Shown in pieces: positions 10,881 through 19,611 of a stretch of 64,000 nucleotides of DNA. A program made the position numbers and the translations under genes. The DNA is from Thermoplasmata archaeon (lineage in GTDB: Archaea; Thermoplasmatota; Thermoplasmata; Thermoplasmatales; GCA-001856825): the NCBI GenBank assembly GCA_021792255.1, contig JAJYUZ010000004.1, positions 64,001 through 128,000 on the forward strand, in the 5' to 3' direction. The notes beneath the pieces were generated by a model that was given only the letters and a program-made list of their open reading frames with translations, did not search any database and was not told where the DNA came from. The first letter of the stretch is position 1. Each line of letters starts with the position of its first letter.

Positions 10881-11399
10881 ATGAAAATGATCGAATCTCC
10901 CTGGGTAGTTTTTTTGGACTTGGACGGCACGCTCTGGGATCATCTAGACATTACAGCTGCTAGTCCACCTTTCACAAGAATTTCCGAATCAATAATTTCC
11001 GATTCTCTTGGAGTAAGAATCTCATTACTACCAGGAGCAGTCGATTTCATAAAGTGGGTACGTTCAAGTGGAGGAATTATCTCTACATGTAGCTGGAATG
11101 AATACGACAAAGCTATCGGTGCCCTTGAGGCATACGGCATAGTTCATTTGTTCGATTATCAGAAGGTTTCGACTAATCCAAAAAAATATCTCTTGATGGA
11201 GGAAGTGATAAGTAAGCTTGTCCAGAAAGGGGTCTCTGTCAGGATGGACAGACTCTTCTATTTAGACGATAGGGATATTCACATTAGTGACGTGAAGGTC
11301 AGATTTCCGGAACTGACTTTCTTTCTGATGTGGAAGAACGGGACGAACTACGAAAGCGTAAAGAGTACGATCCTGTCCAAGATCAAAGGAACGCAGTGA
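10881..11399 (+). CDS. Magnesium-dependent phosphatase-1 (HAD superfamily)
   Basis: DLDGTLWDH motif I, CSWN, YLDDR motif IV. Confidence 0.85.
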   Translation: MKMIESPWVVFLDLDGTLWDHLDITAASPPFTRISESIISDSLGVRISLLPGAVDFIKWVRSSGGIISTCSWNEYDKAIGALEAYGIVHLFDYQKVSTNPKKYLLMEEVISKLVQKGVSVRMDRLFYLDDRDIHISDVKVRFPELTFFLMWKNGTNYESVKSTILSKIKGTQ

Positions 11400-11511
11400 T
11401 TCTGAGCGGATTGGGCAAGATATCTGATTTTCGATCACGAGAACTCTCTAGATCAGGAACAAACATAAGAGTTACCCCAAAAATTTAATATTGCAAGTTA
11501 ATGAAAAAAAT

Positions 11512-11934
11512 ATGGCCGAGAAACTCCTTTTCCCCTCCGAAGAATGGATCAAGGATTACTGTTCAGTGTTGTCTCAGTCTCAAGAATATAACCGACTGGG
11601 ACAGGGGTGGAAAGACTCAGTCCAGTTCAAGATAACGGACTTTGCTGACAAGAACTTAGGATTAGATTACGAGTCGTTTGTCCTTGACCTAAGGGATGGT
11701 AGGTGTGAAAGATATCATCTCATCAGGGAGGATGTTGAGAGCGCACCGTTCGTTCTGTACTCGTCATACTCTGACTGGAAACGAATCCTAGAAGGAAAAG
11801 TAAATCCTACCCAAGCTATGCTGAGCGGCGTATTGAAGGTAAAGGGAGATATGGTAACTTTGCTAAAATATGCGGCAGCTGCGACTGAAATGGTAAAGGC
11901 AGCAGAAAAAATAGAAACCAGATTCGAAATCTAA
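11512..11934 (+). CDS. SCP2 sterol-binding domain protein
   Basis: FPSEEW N-terminus; W..I..G..NP..AM.SG.LKVKGD motif; ATG at 11512 preferred as start. Confidence 0.8.
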   Translation: MAEKLLFPSEEWIKDYCSVLSQSQEYNRLGQGWKDSVQFKITDFADKNLGLDYESFVLDLRDGRCERYHLIREDVESAPFVLYSSYSDWKRILEGKVNPTQAMLSGVLKVKGDMVTLLKYAAAATEMVKAAEKIETRFEI

Positions 11935-12163
11935 AATATTTTCCAATTCCTAGGGGTCATAGAAGTATGAACAGATATGAATCGACATTTCTTTTTCTGA
12001 TTAGTAACAGTAAGTTCCTGTATCTCTTTCTTCCTCTCCACACACCCCTTTTACTGTTGCACGGTGGCGTCAGAGTAGGAGTGGACATCAGTAGAAGGAA
12101 ATCATAAAAAGTAAATTGTTTTTCAGCGACGGAAAATCTCATTAACATACATCAGTTTGCTGT

Positions 12164-13162
12164 TTGATTAAGATGGCCAACAGGTCGGTAGTTATATTCG
12201 CATTCCTTGTTATTTTTATAATGTTGATATCATCTTCTTTCATTATTCCAAGCAGTGCCTACAACAGTGAGGCTCAGCACAGTAATAAGACTGCTATGGT
12301 TTGGATGGGATTGGAAATTACTGGGGAAAACATAACATCGGACCTTTTATCGATTAGCGCACACAAGGCGGAATTGACGGGGGTCTCCTATGAACACTAC
12401 ATCCTTAGCTCTCAAGGTGAACTTGAACCCATCTTGATGATTACTAACGTAACACACTCCATAAAGTCGCTAGGTCTTGAGACTTTTCCAATGATAATAA
12501 GCGCAAATCTGATTGATTTAGAATATCTTCTAAGCCATCCAACAAATTTCATTTCAAGCGCTGTGTCACAGGCAATTACGTTCGGATACACAGGTTATAA
12601 CATTGACTTTGAACCTTCGCAAGAGGCTAACAGCTCGGTCGCACTGCAGTATTCAATTTTTTTGGATACATTTGCCAACGCTCTCCATGAAAAGGGGTTT
12701 GAATTGACGGTCGATATCGCTTCTTGGAATTCCTTCTGGAATTTTGGTGAGTTGAATAACACTTCTGCAGACATACTCTACGATATGGATACCTACGCCT
12801 CTCCTTTATTCAATTTTGGTTACGCATTAGAGAATGCTGTGACACAAATTTCCCTTCACAAGCTCGGAGTTGGTTTAATCACTACGAACGTAAACAATGG
12901 ATCTAATCTTACGAGCGTCTCTGTCCATTCAAGATTTCAATCTCTTGAATCTGACAATGTTTCAAATGTCGCTGTATGGGATATGCCTCTAAACAGCTAT
13001 TGGTGGTCGTATCTTTCACAGTTTCTTGGTGTTAAACACAGCATCATTCCCTTCCCTCTTCTGTACCTTCTTTTTCTAGCGGTTCCCGCGATCATGGCGA
13101 TTGCAGTGTATCTTGGTGTCAAGTCAAATAAACGAAAACGGTTAAACCCTAAAAATATCTAG
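12164..13162 (+). CDS. Membrane-anchored GH18-like glycoside hydrolase
   Basis: Signal peptide; GYNIDFE catalytic motif (NxDxE variant); MDTY; C-terminal TM. Confidence 0.65.
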   Translation: MIKMANRSVVIFAFLVIFIMLISSSFIIPSSAYNSEAQHSNKTAMVWMGLEITGENITSDLLSISAHKAELTGVSYEHYILSSQGELEPILMITNVTHSIKSLGLETFPMIISANLIDLEYLLSHPTNFISSAVSQAITFGYTGYNIDFEPSQEANSSVALQYSIFLDTFANALHEKGFELTVDIASWNSFWNFGELNNTSADILYDMDTYASPLFNFGYALENAVTQISLHKLGVGLITTNVNNGSNLTSVSVHSRFQSLESDNVSNVAVWDMPLNSYWWSYLSQFLGVKHSIIPFPLLYLLFLAVPAIMAIAVYLGVKSNKRKRLNPKNI

Positions 13163-13506
13163 GCAGACTCTATCGAGCATAAAAGAGAAAATAAGAAATA
13201 ACGAGGTCTTAAAGTACGATTCGAAGAGTTTAAGGATTCTGAAAAGTCTTCACATTATGAAGTAACGGAATATGCTTGAAAGGTCAAAATTTCAGAGCTT
13301 TGGTTATATCTCCCTGAACTCGATGAGTGGAAAATGTCTTGTCTCCAGTGAGAGGTCGAGATGCACTTGCTTTCTGGGAGACAAAGGACATTACAGAGAA
13401 ACTTATTGCAATCGCTACAAGAAGAATTGCCATCGACAAGGGTTTTTTATTCAATCTTTCTTTACATCTCTGCCAATGTCCACAAATATTGTACCTGTCT
13501 CAGCCA

Positions 13507-14361
13507 TCAGACGACCCCCTCTGGCTGGACTACCTGGTACTTGACGTTATCAAGTATGAAGTAGCTGAATATCCAAAATGAATACATCAAAGCGATGCTC
13601 TGATGTGGTAATGAAGATGCAGCAAACTCACTACCTATTCCAACTCGAAGAATAGAAACATTAGATGATAAATAACTCCTATCTTCCAGATATGATAAGA
13701 ATGGCGTAAATGCTAATTTAAAGCTCATTGAATCAGATGTATTTATCAATGGAACAAACACATAACTGGGAAAGACACCAGATGCGCTATTGCCTATATA
13801 TAGATCCCAAGTCACCTTTTCAGTATCATTATTAATTTGTATGGGGATCACGACAGATACTCCACTAAATGTAGCATTCTGACCTGAATATACCTCTCCC
13901 GACAAATCATCAACCAACATAATTTCAACTTCATATTGGGGAGTGGAATTTTTCCCTAGAAACATATCATACGCTACATCATACCTGACCTGTTGACTTA
14001 CCTGTTTTATACTGAAAGAAACGAAAGAAGAGAAGTTCCCTTTATATATCTCATTCAATGACAAAGGTAAATTATATGTAAAATGAACCGAAGGATAGCC
14101 AAAAATCCCCACTCCATTCCCTGCGTTGTATAAATCAGTTGAAAGATGAATTGAAGAGTTGTTATAAAGATTCATTACCGTACCACCTCCTCCTTTGGTA
14201 AAATCCCACAAATTCGGGCTGACATATCCATAGCTCGAATTATAGTAAGGATGAGGATTTGACAGATTACCAACAAGAGTTGCAAACGGCCGTGTTCCAG
14301 AAGTCGAGTTCGTGACTGGGATTGTGTTATTATTTCCTGAAGGACTTCTTGGGAACTCCAT
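13507..14361 (-). CDS. GH12-like endoglucanase; true N-terminus probably extends to about 14424-14441
   Basis: SPNLW, GYPSV, DVAYDMFL, EVEIM, GIGSEF motifs; in-frame hydrophobic signal anchor upstream of the ATG; AT-rich. Confidence 0.6.
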   Translation of the reverse strand: MEFPRSPSGNNNTIPVTNSTSGTRPFATLVGNLSNPHPYYNSSYGYVSPNLWDFTKGGGGTVMNLYNNSSIHLSTDLYNAGNGVGIFGYPSVHFTYNLPLSLNEIYKGNFSSFVSFSIKQVSQQVRYDVAYDMFLGKNSTPQYEVEIMLVDDLSGEVYSGQNATFSGVSVVIPIQINNDTEKVTWDLYIGNSASGVFPSYVFVPLINTSDSMSFKLAFTPFLSYLEDRSYLSSNVSILRVGIGSEFAASSLPHQSIALMYSFWIFSYFILDNVKYQVVQPEGVV

Positions 14362-14552
14362 GTTGACGGCAAAAGCCGATGCTATGACGATTATCGAAAT
14401 TACGGTGACTGTGACCAGTGTTATAGCCTTTAATTTCTCACCCTGTGCAGATTAATGACTGCGGGATTTGATACTGTTTCGGTTTAAAACTTTAGTCGTT
14501 TTATGAACCTCCTTTCTATATAAGATAGGGTCTCATAACGACCTGAACTCGA

Positions 14553-14627
14553 TGGGACCGCCGAGATTTGAACTCGGGTCACCAACACCCCAAGCTGGTA
14601 GGATGGTCCAATCTACCCTACGGTCCC
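14553..14627 (-). tRNA. tRNA-Pro (GGG)
   Basis: Cloverleaf GGGACCG...CGGTCCC-A; anticodon arm CCAGC-TTGGGGT-GTTGG; GTTCAAATC T-loop. Confidence 0.95.
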
Positions 14628-14628
14628 T

Positions 14629-14850
14629 CTAATCAAATGGTAAGATTTCCTCGAGAAGCTCTGCGTTAGAAAGAATCATTCTCCTGCAACAATATCTGGT
14701 AACGTCCAGATCGTCCAGGATTTCAGATATCTCTTCTGCAGTGACTTCTCTGTTCTTCGTTTTTTTGATCTCGCCAACTCTGTCTGTAAAGCGGACATAA
14801 TCAGATCCAATGACCCTTCCACAGCTAAAACATCTGACGGGTATAATCAT
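14629..14850 (-). CDS. rpoN: RNA polymerase subunit N (Rpo10)
   Basis: MIIPVRCFSCG ... RYCCRRM. Confidence 0.97.
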   Translation of the reverse strand: MIIPVRCFSCGRVIGSDYVRFTDRVGEIKKTKNREVTAEEISEILDDLDVTRYCCRRMILSNAELLEEILPFD

Positions 14851-14854
14851 TTTT

Positions 14855-15250
14855 TCACCTGTACGACTTCTGTTTCTTCTTCCTAGCTCCTGTTCCTCCA
14901 GGTTTCTTCGGGAGCTTCTTTCTTACATCATTTACGAGCAGGGCCCTGTCGTATTCTTTGAATGTTTTTTCAAGATCCTGATCTTTGAAGAAGTCGATGA
15001 TTGCCCTCGAAATAGCGGTCCTAGCAGCTTCAGCTTGGCCTATTACACCTCCACCTTGAGTGTTGACGGAGATGTCTACTACCTTGACTTTATCGCCCGC
15101 TAGCATAACCGGTTCCATCATTTTCAGCTTAGCGAGTTCGGGTTGGTATATCTCGATAGGGGTCCCGTTTATCCTTATTCTTCCTTTGCCTTCTTTTATC
15201 GTCGCTCTCGCGACTGCAGTCTTCCTAGCACCACTAGTCTCAATTACCAT
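14855..15250 (-). CDS. rpsI: 30S ribosomal protein S9 (uS9)
   Basis: SGARKTAVARA, GGGVIGQ, KQKSYR C-terminus. Confidence 0.97.
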   Translation of the reverse strand: MVIETSGARKTAVARATIKEGKGRIRINGTPIEIYQPELAKLKMMEPVMLAGDKVKVVDISVNTQGGGVIGQAEAARTAISRAIIDFFKDQDLEKTFKEYDRALLVNDVRKKLPKKPGGTGARKKKQKSYR

Positions 15251-15671
15251 CTAAAATCACTTTTGATCCTAATTCTTTGCAAATCTCGTAAAGGGTCACG
15301 ACGTTTGCAACGTGTTTGTTTTGATACTGTTCAAGCTTTTCCAGTTCTTTCCCGCTGAAATCCTTGGGAACTCCGATGAAGACTCTTAACCTCTTGAGGG
15401 CTTCTATACCTTTGGTGTTCTTCATTGGAAGCATTCCTCTCACTGTCCTCCTAAAGATTCTGTCTGGCTCTTTTGGGAACCTAGGTCCCTTCCTGACAGA
15501 GCCAACATCCCTTTCCATCTTGTATCTTTCAATTGTGTACCTTCTTCTTCCAGAAACTACTGCCTTTTCCGCGTTCACAACTACAATCTCATCGTCCTTT
15601 GTCAGCAGTTCCTTTGCAAGGTATGAGGAGGCCCTTCCAAGTACCAAGTTGCTACCATCGATTATTCTAAT
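15240..15671 (-). CDS. rplM: 50S ribosomal protein L13 (uL13); probable ATT start
   Basis: (M)RIIDGSNLVLGRASS, VNAEKAV, RTVRGMLP; in-frame ATT 6 nt after GGTGA. Confidence 0.93.
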   Translation of the reverse strand: MRIIDGSNLVLGRASSYLAKELLTKDDEIVVVNAEKAVVSGRRRYTIERYKMERDVGSVRKGPRFPKEPDRIFRRTVRGMLPMKNTKGIEALKRLRVFIGVPKDFSGKELEKLEQYQNKHVANVVTLYEICKELGSKVILDGN

Positions 15672-15677
15672 TTCACA

Positions 15678-16034
15678 TCACCCTATTATTTTGACCTTGG
15701 TCCCTTTTGAGTTTTCACCCATTAGTTCCCTCAGCGTGATTGCCTTTCCGCCGGCATCTTCTATCTTTGACCTTGCGGATTTAGAGAAATAGAGGGCTGC
15801 GACTTTGACCGGTTCTTCTATTCTTCCCGAACCAAGAACAACGCCAGGAACGAGAACAACGTCGTCACTTGTAGCGAAGCGCGATATCTTTCCAATATTG
15901 ACTTCAACCAAATTGTCCTTCGATTTCCTGATTCTTTTCGCGATATCTCCCCAGAACCTTGAATCGTTCTCTAAAGCTGTCTTCTTCATATCCAACGCAA
16001 GTCTTTCCCTCTCATCCTTTTCATTTACACCCAT
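15678..16034 (-). CDS. rpl18e: 50S ribosomal protein L18e
   Basis: EVNIGKI, VPGVVLGSG, FSKSARSKI; operon context. Confidence 0.93.
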   Translation of the reverse strand: MGVNEKDERERLALDMKKTALENDSRFWGDIAKRIRKSKDNLVEVNIGKISRFATSDDVVLVPGVVLGSGRIEEPVKVAALYFSKSARSKIEDAGGKAITLRELMGENSKGTKVKIIG

Positions 16035-16081
16035 TTATCAAGCACCTGGGTCGGAAGGTATGAATTAACTATTAATAAATG

Positions 16082-16888
16082 TTATCTGGACTTTGTAAGC
16101 TCCAAGGCATTCTTTAGGATCTCAGCACTGGTAACTACTCCCACCCCTCCAGGCACTGGAGTGTAATCGACCAAACTGTTCTTCACGTCTGCTTCAAAGT
16201 CTCCCTTCACTTTCCCGTCCTTGACATTAATTCCTATGTCTACAACTATTTTCTTGCTCTTGATTGATGAAGACTTTAGATAACCGGCCCTTCCTACCGC
16301 CAAGAACACGATATCACTTTCGTCTATCAACTCGTCAACATTTTGAGTCTTGCTGTGTGCAACAGTCACAGTAGCATCCCTGTTGAGCAGCATTTGCGAT
16401 AGTGGCCTTCCCACGGTCACCGACCTATTTATCACCAGAGTCCTCTTTCCCTTGAAGTCAACGTTGTAGTAAGCTAGTATGTCTATGGCTCCCTTGGCAG
16501 TAGCTGGGGCAACTCCTTCCACTCCGAAGAACAATTCTCCCATGTTCTGGAAAGTGAGACAGTCCGCATCTTTGTCTGGATCAAGCACAGCAGATACCAT
16601 CTCGTTTGTTATTCCCTTCGGGAATGGCCTTCCAACGATTACGGCAGTGTACGTCGGATCTTCATTCAGACTCCTTATCGTGTCCAACAAATCCTCGCCC
16701 TTTATTACTAGAGACGTGAAGTCGATTCCCACTTTCTCTGCATTCTTCTTTATACTATTGAAATAAACAATCGATTCCAAGTCTTCATCGTAAGCAACAG
16801 ATGCCATCGTTATTTTTCCATACTCTGCAACTCCCTTCTTGACTCTTTCTAGAATTTCTTTGGATAAGGGTCTGCCGTCCAAAAGCAT
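16082..16888 (-). CDS. folD: Methylenetetrahydrofolate dehydrogenase/cyclohydrolase
   Basis: PDKDAD, PATA, RSVTVGRP, ATVTVAHSKT, DIGIN, TPVPGGVG motifs. Confidence 0.92.
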   Translation of the reverse strand: MLLDGRPLSKEILERVKKGVAEYGKITMASVAYDEDLESIVYFNSIKKNAEKVGIDFTSLVIKGEDLLDTIRSLNEDPTYTAVIVGRPFPKGITNEMVSAVLDPDKDADCLTFQNMGELFFGVEGVAPATAKGAIDILAYYNVDFKGKRTLVINRSVTVGRPLSQMLLNRDATVTVAHSKTQNVDELIDESDIVFLAVGRAGYLKSSSIKSKKIVVDIGINVKDGKVKGDFEADVKNSLVDYTPVPGGVGVVTSAEILKNALELTKSR

Positions 16889-16987
16889 GAGGGTTTATTC
16901 TATTTGAGGATTAAAGCTAATCCAGAAGAATTGAGTATGAAATTAATCAACAAAACACTTAATTAGGGATTTTCACTTGCCAAACGA

Positions 16988-18925
16988 ATGGACGAGTTAT
17001 CAGAATGGATAAAGTCTAAGGGTATTGACACTACCAATGACATCAAGATACCGGACAAATTAGTGGATCAGGTCATTGGTCAGGATCAAGGGGTCGAAGT
17101 CATTAAAAGAGCAGCAAAGCAGAAACGGCATGTCATTTTGATAGGAGAACCCGGAACGGGAAAATCAATGCTCGCCCAATCTATGACAGATTTTATCCCC
17201 AAGGAAGAGCTGGAAGATATTCTGGTTTTTCACAACCCAGAAGATGCGAATCGCCCCAAGATAATCACCGTCCCCGCTGGCAAGGGAAAGGAGATCACGA
17301 AGGACTACCAGAAGAGAGCAGATCAGGAAAAGACCGAAAAACAGAGAAGCGTGAGAATTTTAGTTATTTTTATCGTGATCATAGGACTGATTTTCGCGTT
17401 TATCAACTATCCAACGAGCCACAGCATCGACTCTACTCCAATATTTCTTGCAATAATGGCAGCCGCCTTTCTGTACATCGCCCTTAATATGGGGCCCATC
17501 GCAAGGGAAGACAAGACGATGGTTCCAAAATTGCTGGTGGGACACGACAGAGACGACAAGCCACCATTTATAGACTCGACGGGAGCTCAAGCAGGCGCGC
17601 TTCTCGGAGACGTTAGACACGACCCATTTCAATCTGGAGGGCTGGAAACTCCAGCGCATCTTAGAGTGGAGGCTGGAAATATCCACAAGGCGAACAAGGG
17701 AGTGCTATTCATAGACGAGATCAACACACTTAGGATGGAGAGCCAGCAGAGCCTTCTCACCGCAATGCAGGAAAAGAAATACACGATTGCCGGGCAGAGC
17801 GAAAGATCTGCGGGAGCACTTGTCCAGACAGAAATGGTTCCGTGCGATTTCATTTTAGTGGCGTCAGGAAATCTAGATGCCCTTCAAGGAATGCATCCAG
17901 CACTGAGGTCTAGAATCAGAGGATATGGCTACGAAGTGTATATGAATACAATGATGGACGACACGGAGGAAAACAGGGAAAAGGTAATGAGGTTCGTAGG
18001 ACAAGAGGTCACAAAGGACAAGAAGATCCCTGCGTTCGATTACACTGCAATAGCAGAAGTAATCAGGGAAGCCCAGAAGAGGGCTGGCAGGAAAGGTAAA
18101 ATCACCCTGAGGTTAAGGGAGATGGGCGGTCTGATAAGGATTGCAGGTGACCTTGCAGTCCAATCGGCTTCTTCGGTCGTCACAGGAGATCACGTTATAA
18201 AGGCTAAAATAAAAGCGAGGCCGCTAGAACAGCAGATCGCAGACAAACACATAGAGGCCAACAAGAACTACAAGACTTTCACCAATGAGGGCTACTCCAT
18301 AGGAATAGTCAATGGATTAGCCGTTTTCAGTGCGGGATCAGGAATGGCAGAATATTCCGGAATAGTCATGCCGGTAGCGGCTGAAGTTACCCCCGCTCAA
18401 GAAAAGGAGAGCGGGAAGGTAATAGCAACTGGTAAACTCGGTGAAATAGCAAAGGAAGCAGTTCAAAACGTCTCTGCCGTCATCAAGAAATATACGGGAC
18501 AGGATATAGCGAATCACGATGTGCATATCCAGTTCATTGGAAGCTATGAAGGGGTAGAAGGTGACTCCGCAAGCGTCACTATCGCTACTGCGGTAGTATC
18601 GGCGATGGAAGGTATTCCCGTGGACCAATCCTACGCAATGACGGGATCTCTGTCGATAAGAGGGCAGGTCCTTCCTGTAGGTGGTGTCACGGCAAAAGTC
18701 GAAGCAGCCATTGAAGCCGGCTTCAAGAATGTCATAGTCCCTGAGAGTAATAAGGGGGACATAGTTTTAGAAGAGACGCAGAGAGCCAAGATTCAGATCC
18801 ACGTTGTCAGGACAATCAGTGAGGTCCTGAACCTGGTGCTAGCATCTACAAAGTCAAAGACATCCCTTCTCTCCAAATTCGATTTTTCTGCCTCTACTGG
18901 CCAGGTGATGGTCAATCCCAGTTGA
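16988..18925 (+). CDS. lonB: Membrane-anchored ATP-dependent protease LonB
   Basis: Walker A GEPGTGKS, two TM insert, FIDE, GDSAS catalytic Ser, PVGGVTAK. Confidence 0.96.
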   Translation: MDELSEWIKSKGIDTTNDIKIPDKLVDQVIGQDQGVEVIKRAAKQKRHVILIGEPGTGKSMLAQSMTDFIPKEELEDILVFHNPEDANRPKIITVPAGKGKEITKDYQKRADQEKTEKQRSVRILVIFIVIIGLIFAFINYPTSHSIDSTPIFLAIMAAAFLYIALNMGPIAREDKTMVPKLLVGHDRDDKPPFIDSTGAQAGALLGDVRHDPFQSGGLETPAHLRVEAGNIHKANKGVLFIDEINTLRMESQQSLLTAMQEKKYTIAGQSERSAGALVQTEMVPCDFILVASGNLDALQGMHPALRSRIRGYGYEVYMNTMMDDTEENREKVMRFVGQEVTKDKKIPAFDYTAIAEVIREAQKRAGRKGKITLRLREMGGLIRIAGDLAVQSASSVVTGDHVIKAKIKARPLEQQIADKHIEANKNYKTFTNEGYSIGIVNGLAVFSAGSGMAEYSGIVMPVAAEVTPAQEKESGKVIATGKLGEIAKEAVQNVSAVIKKYTGQDIANHDVHIQFIGSYEGVEGDSASVTIATAVVSAMEGIPVDQSYAMTGSLSIRGQVLPVGGVTAKVEAAIEAGFKNVIVPESNKGDIVLEETQRAKIQIHVVRTISEVLNLVLASTKSKTSLLSKFDFSASTGQVMVNPS

Positions 18926-19319
18926 CCTAACCTATTATTTTTTAGATCATTTTGATGAAAGAGAACTGGACCGATTCGTCGACTGTTCGCTGATCAGAGA
19001 AGATAGGATACTGGGAAACGTTCATCTCGAAGTCGCGGTAAAATATGCGAAAGAGAATTTTGAGGGTGGAAGGATGATAAGTAAGTCCCTGTGGAATGAA
19101 ATTCTACTATACCTTTCTCTTCAAAGGCAAATATCGAAGGCTTTTGGAATGGTAGGTGTCAAAAATTATTCTGGAATCGTAGTCAAGGTCGAGCGATCCA
19201 AAACTTCAAAGTCTTTACCACGAATAGACGCGTCAACTTCCAAGAAGAAGTACTGGAACGTCAGTTCGGTAGAAGAATTGTTAGAACTTATGGCAATATT
19301 TCATCTAGAGAACCACTGA
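18915..19319 (+). CDS. cgi121: KEOPS complex subunit Cgi121; probable ATC start
   Basis: ILGNVHLEVAVKYA...EILLYLSLQRQISKA pattern; frame open from 18909 with no ATG/GTG/TTG until 19074; GGTGA 6 nt before ATC. Confidence 0.7.
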   Translation: MPVDLTYYFLDHFDERELDRFVDCSLIREDRILGNVHLEVAVKYAKENFEGGRMISKSLWNEILLYLSLQRQISKAFGMVGVKNYSGIVVKVERSKTSKSLPRIDASTSKKKYWNVSSVEELLELMAIFHLENH

Positions 19320-19611
19320 TCCGCAAAGGAACCATTGGACGGAAACATTTAGTCCTCAACTCCGACCACCACAAACTTTGTAGTACGCCTCTCTTTCTAT
19401 CGCCATTATTCCTCTAGATTTCACTATGATCTCGTTCTTGGAGAGATCGATTTCCTAATCTAAAATTCCTTACTTCTATGAGCGATTCTTGGTCAAATGA
19501 ATTCCGTTATAATTCACGGTTTGCGGCATCGATTTTGGAATGATCCTCGAAGACGACTCCACATGTTTTTATAGCTTTTCAACATACCTTTCCCACTACG
19601 TAGGAATCTAA

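Noticed and set aside
12040-12120. Possible C/D box sRNA on the minus strand (two CUGA boxes)
   Set aside because: No proper RUGAUGA C box or terminal stem
19320-19570. Possible decayed ORF between cgi121 and lhr
   Set aside because: Fragments contain stops and match no family I can recognise
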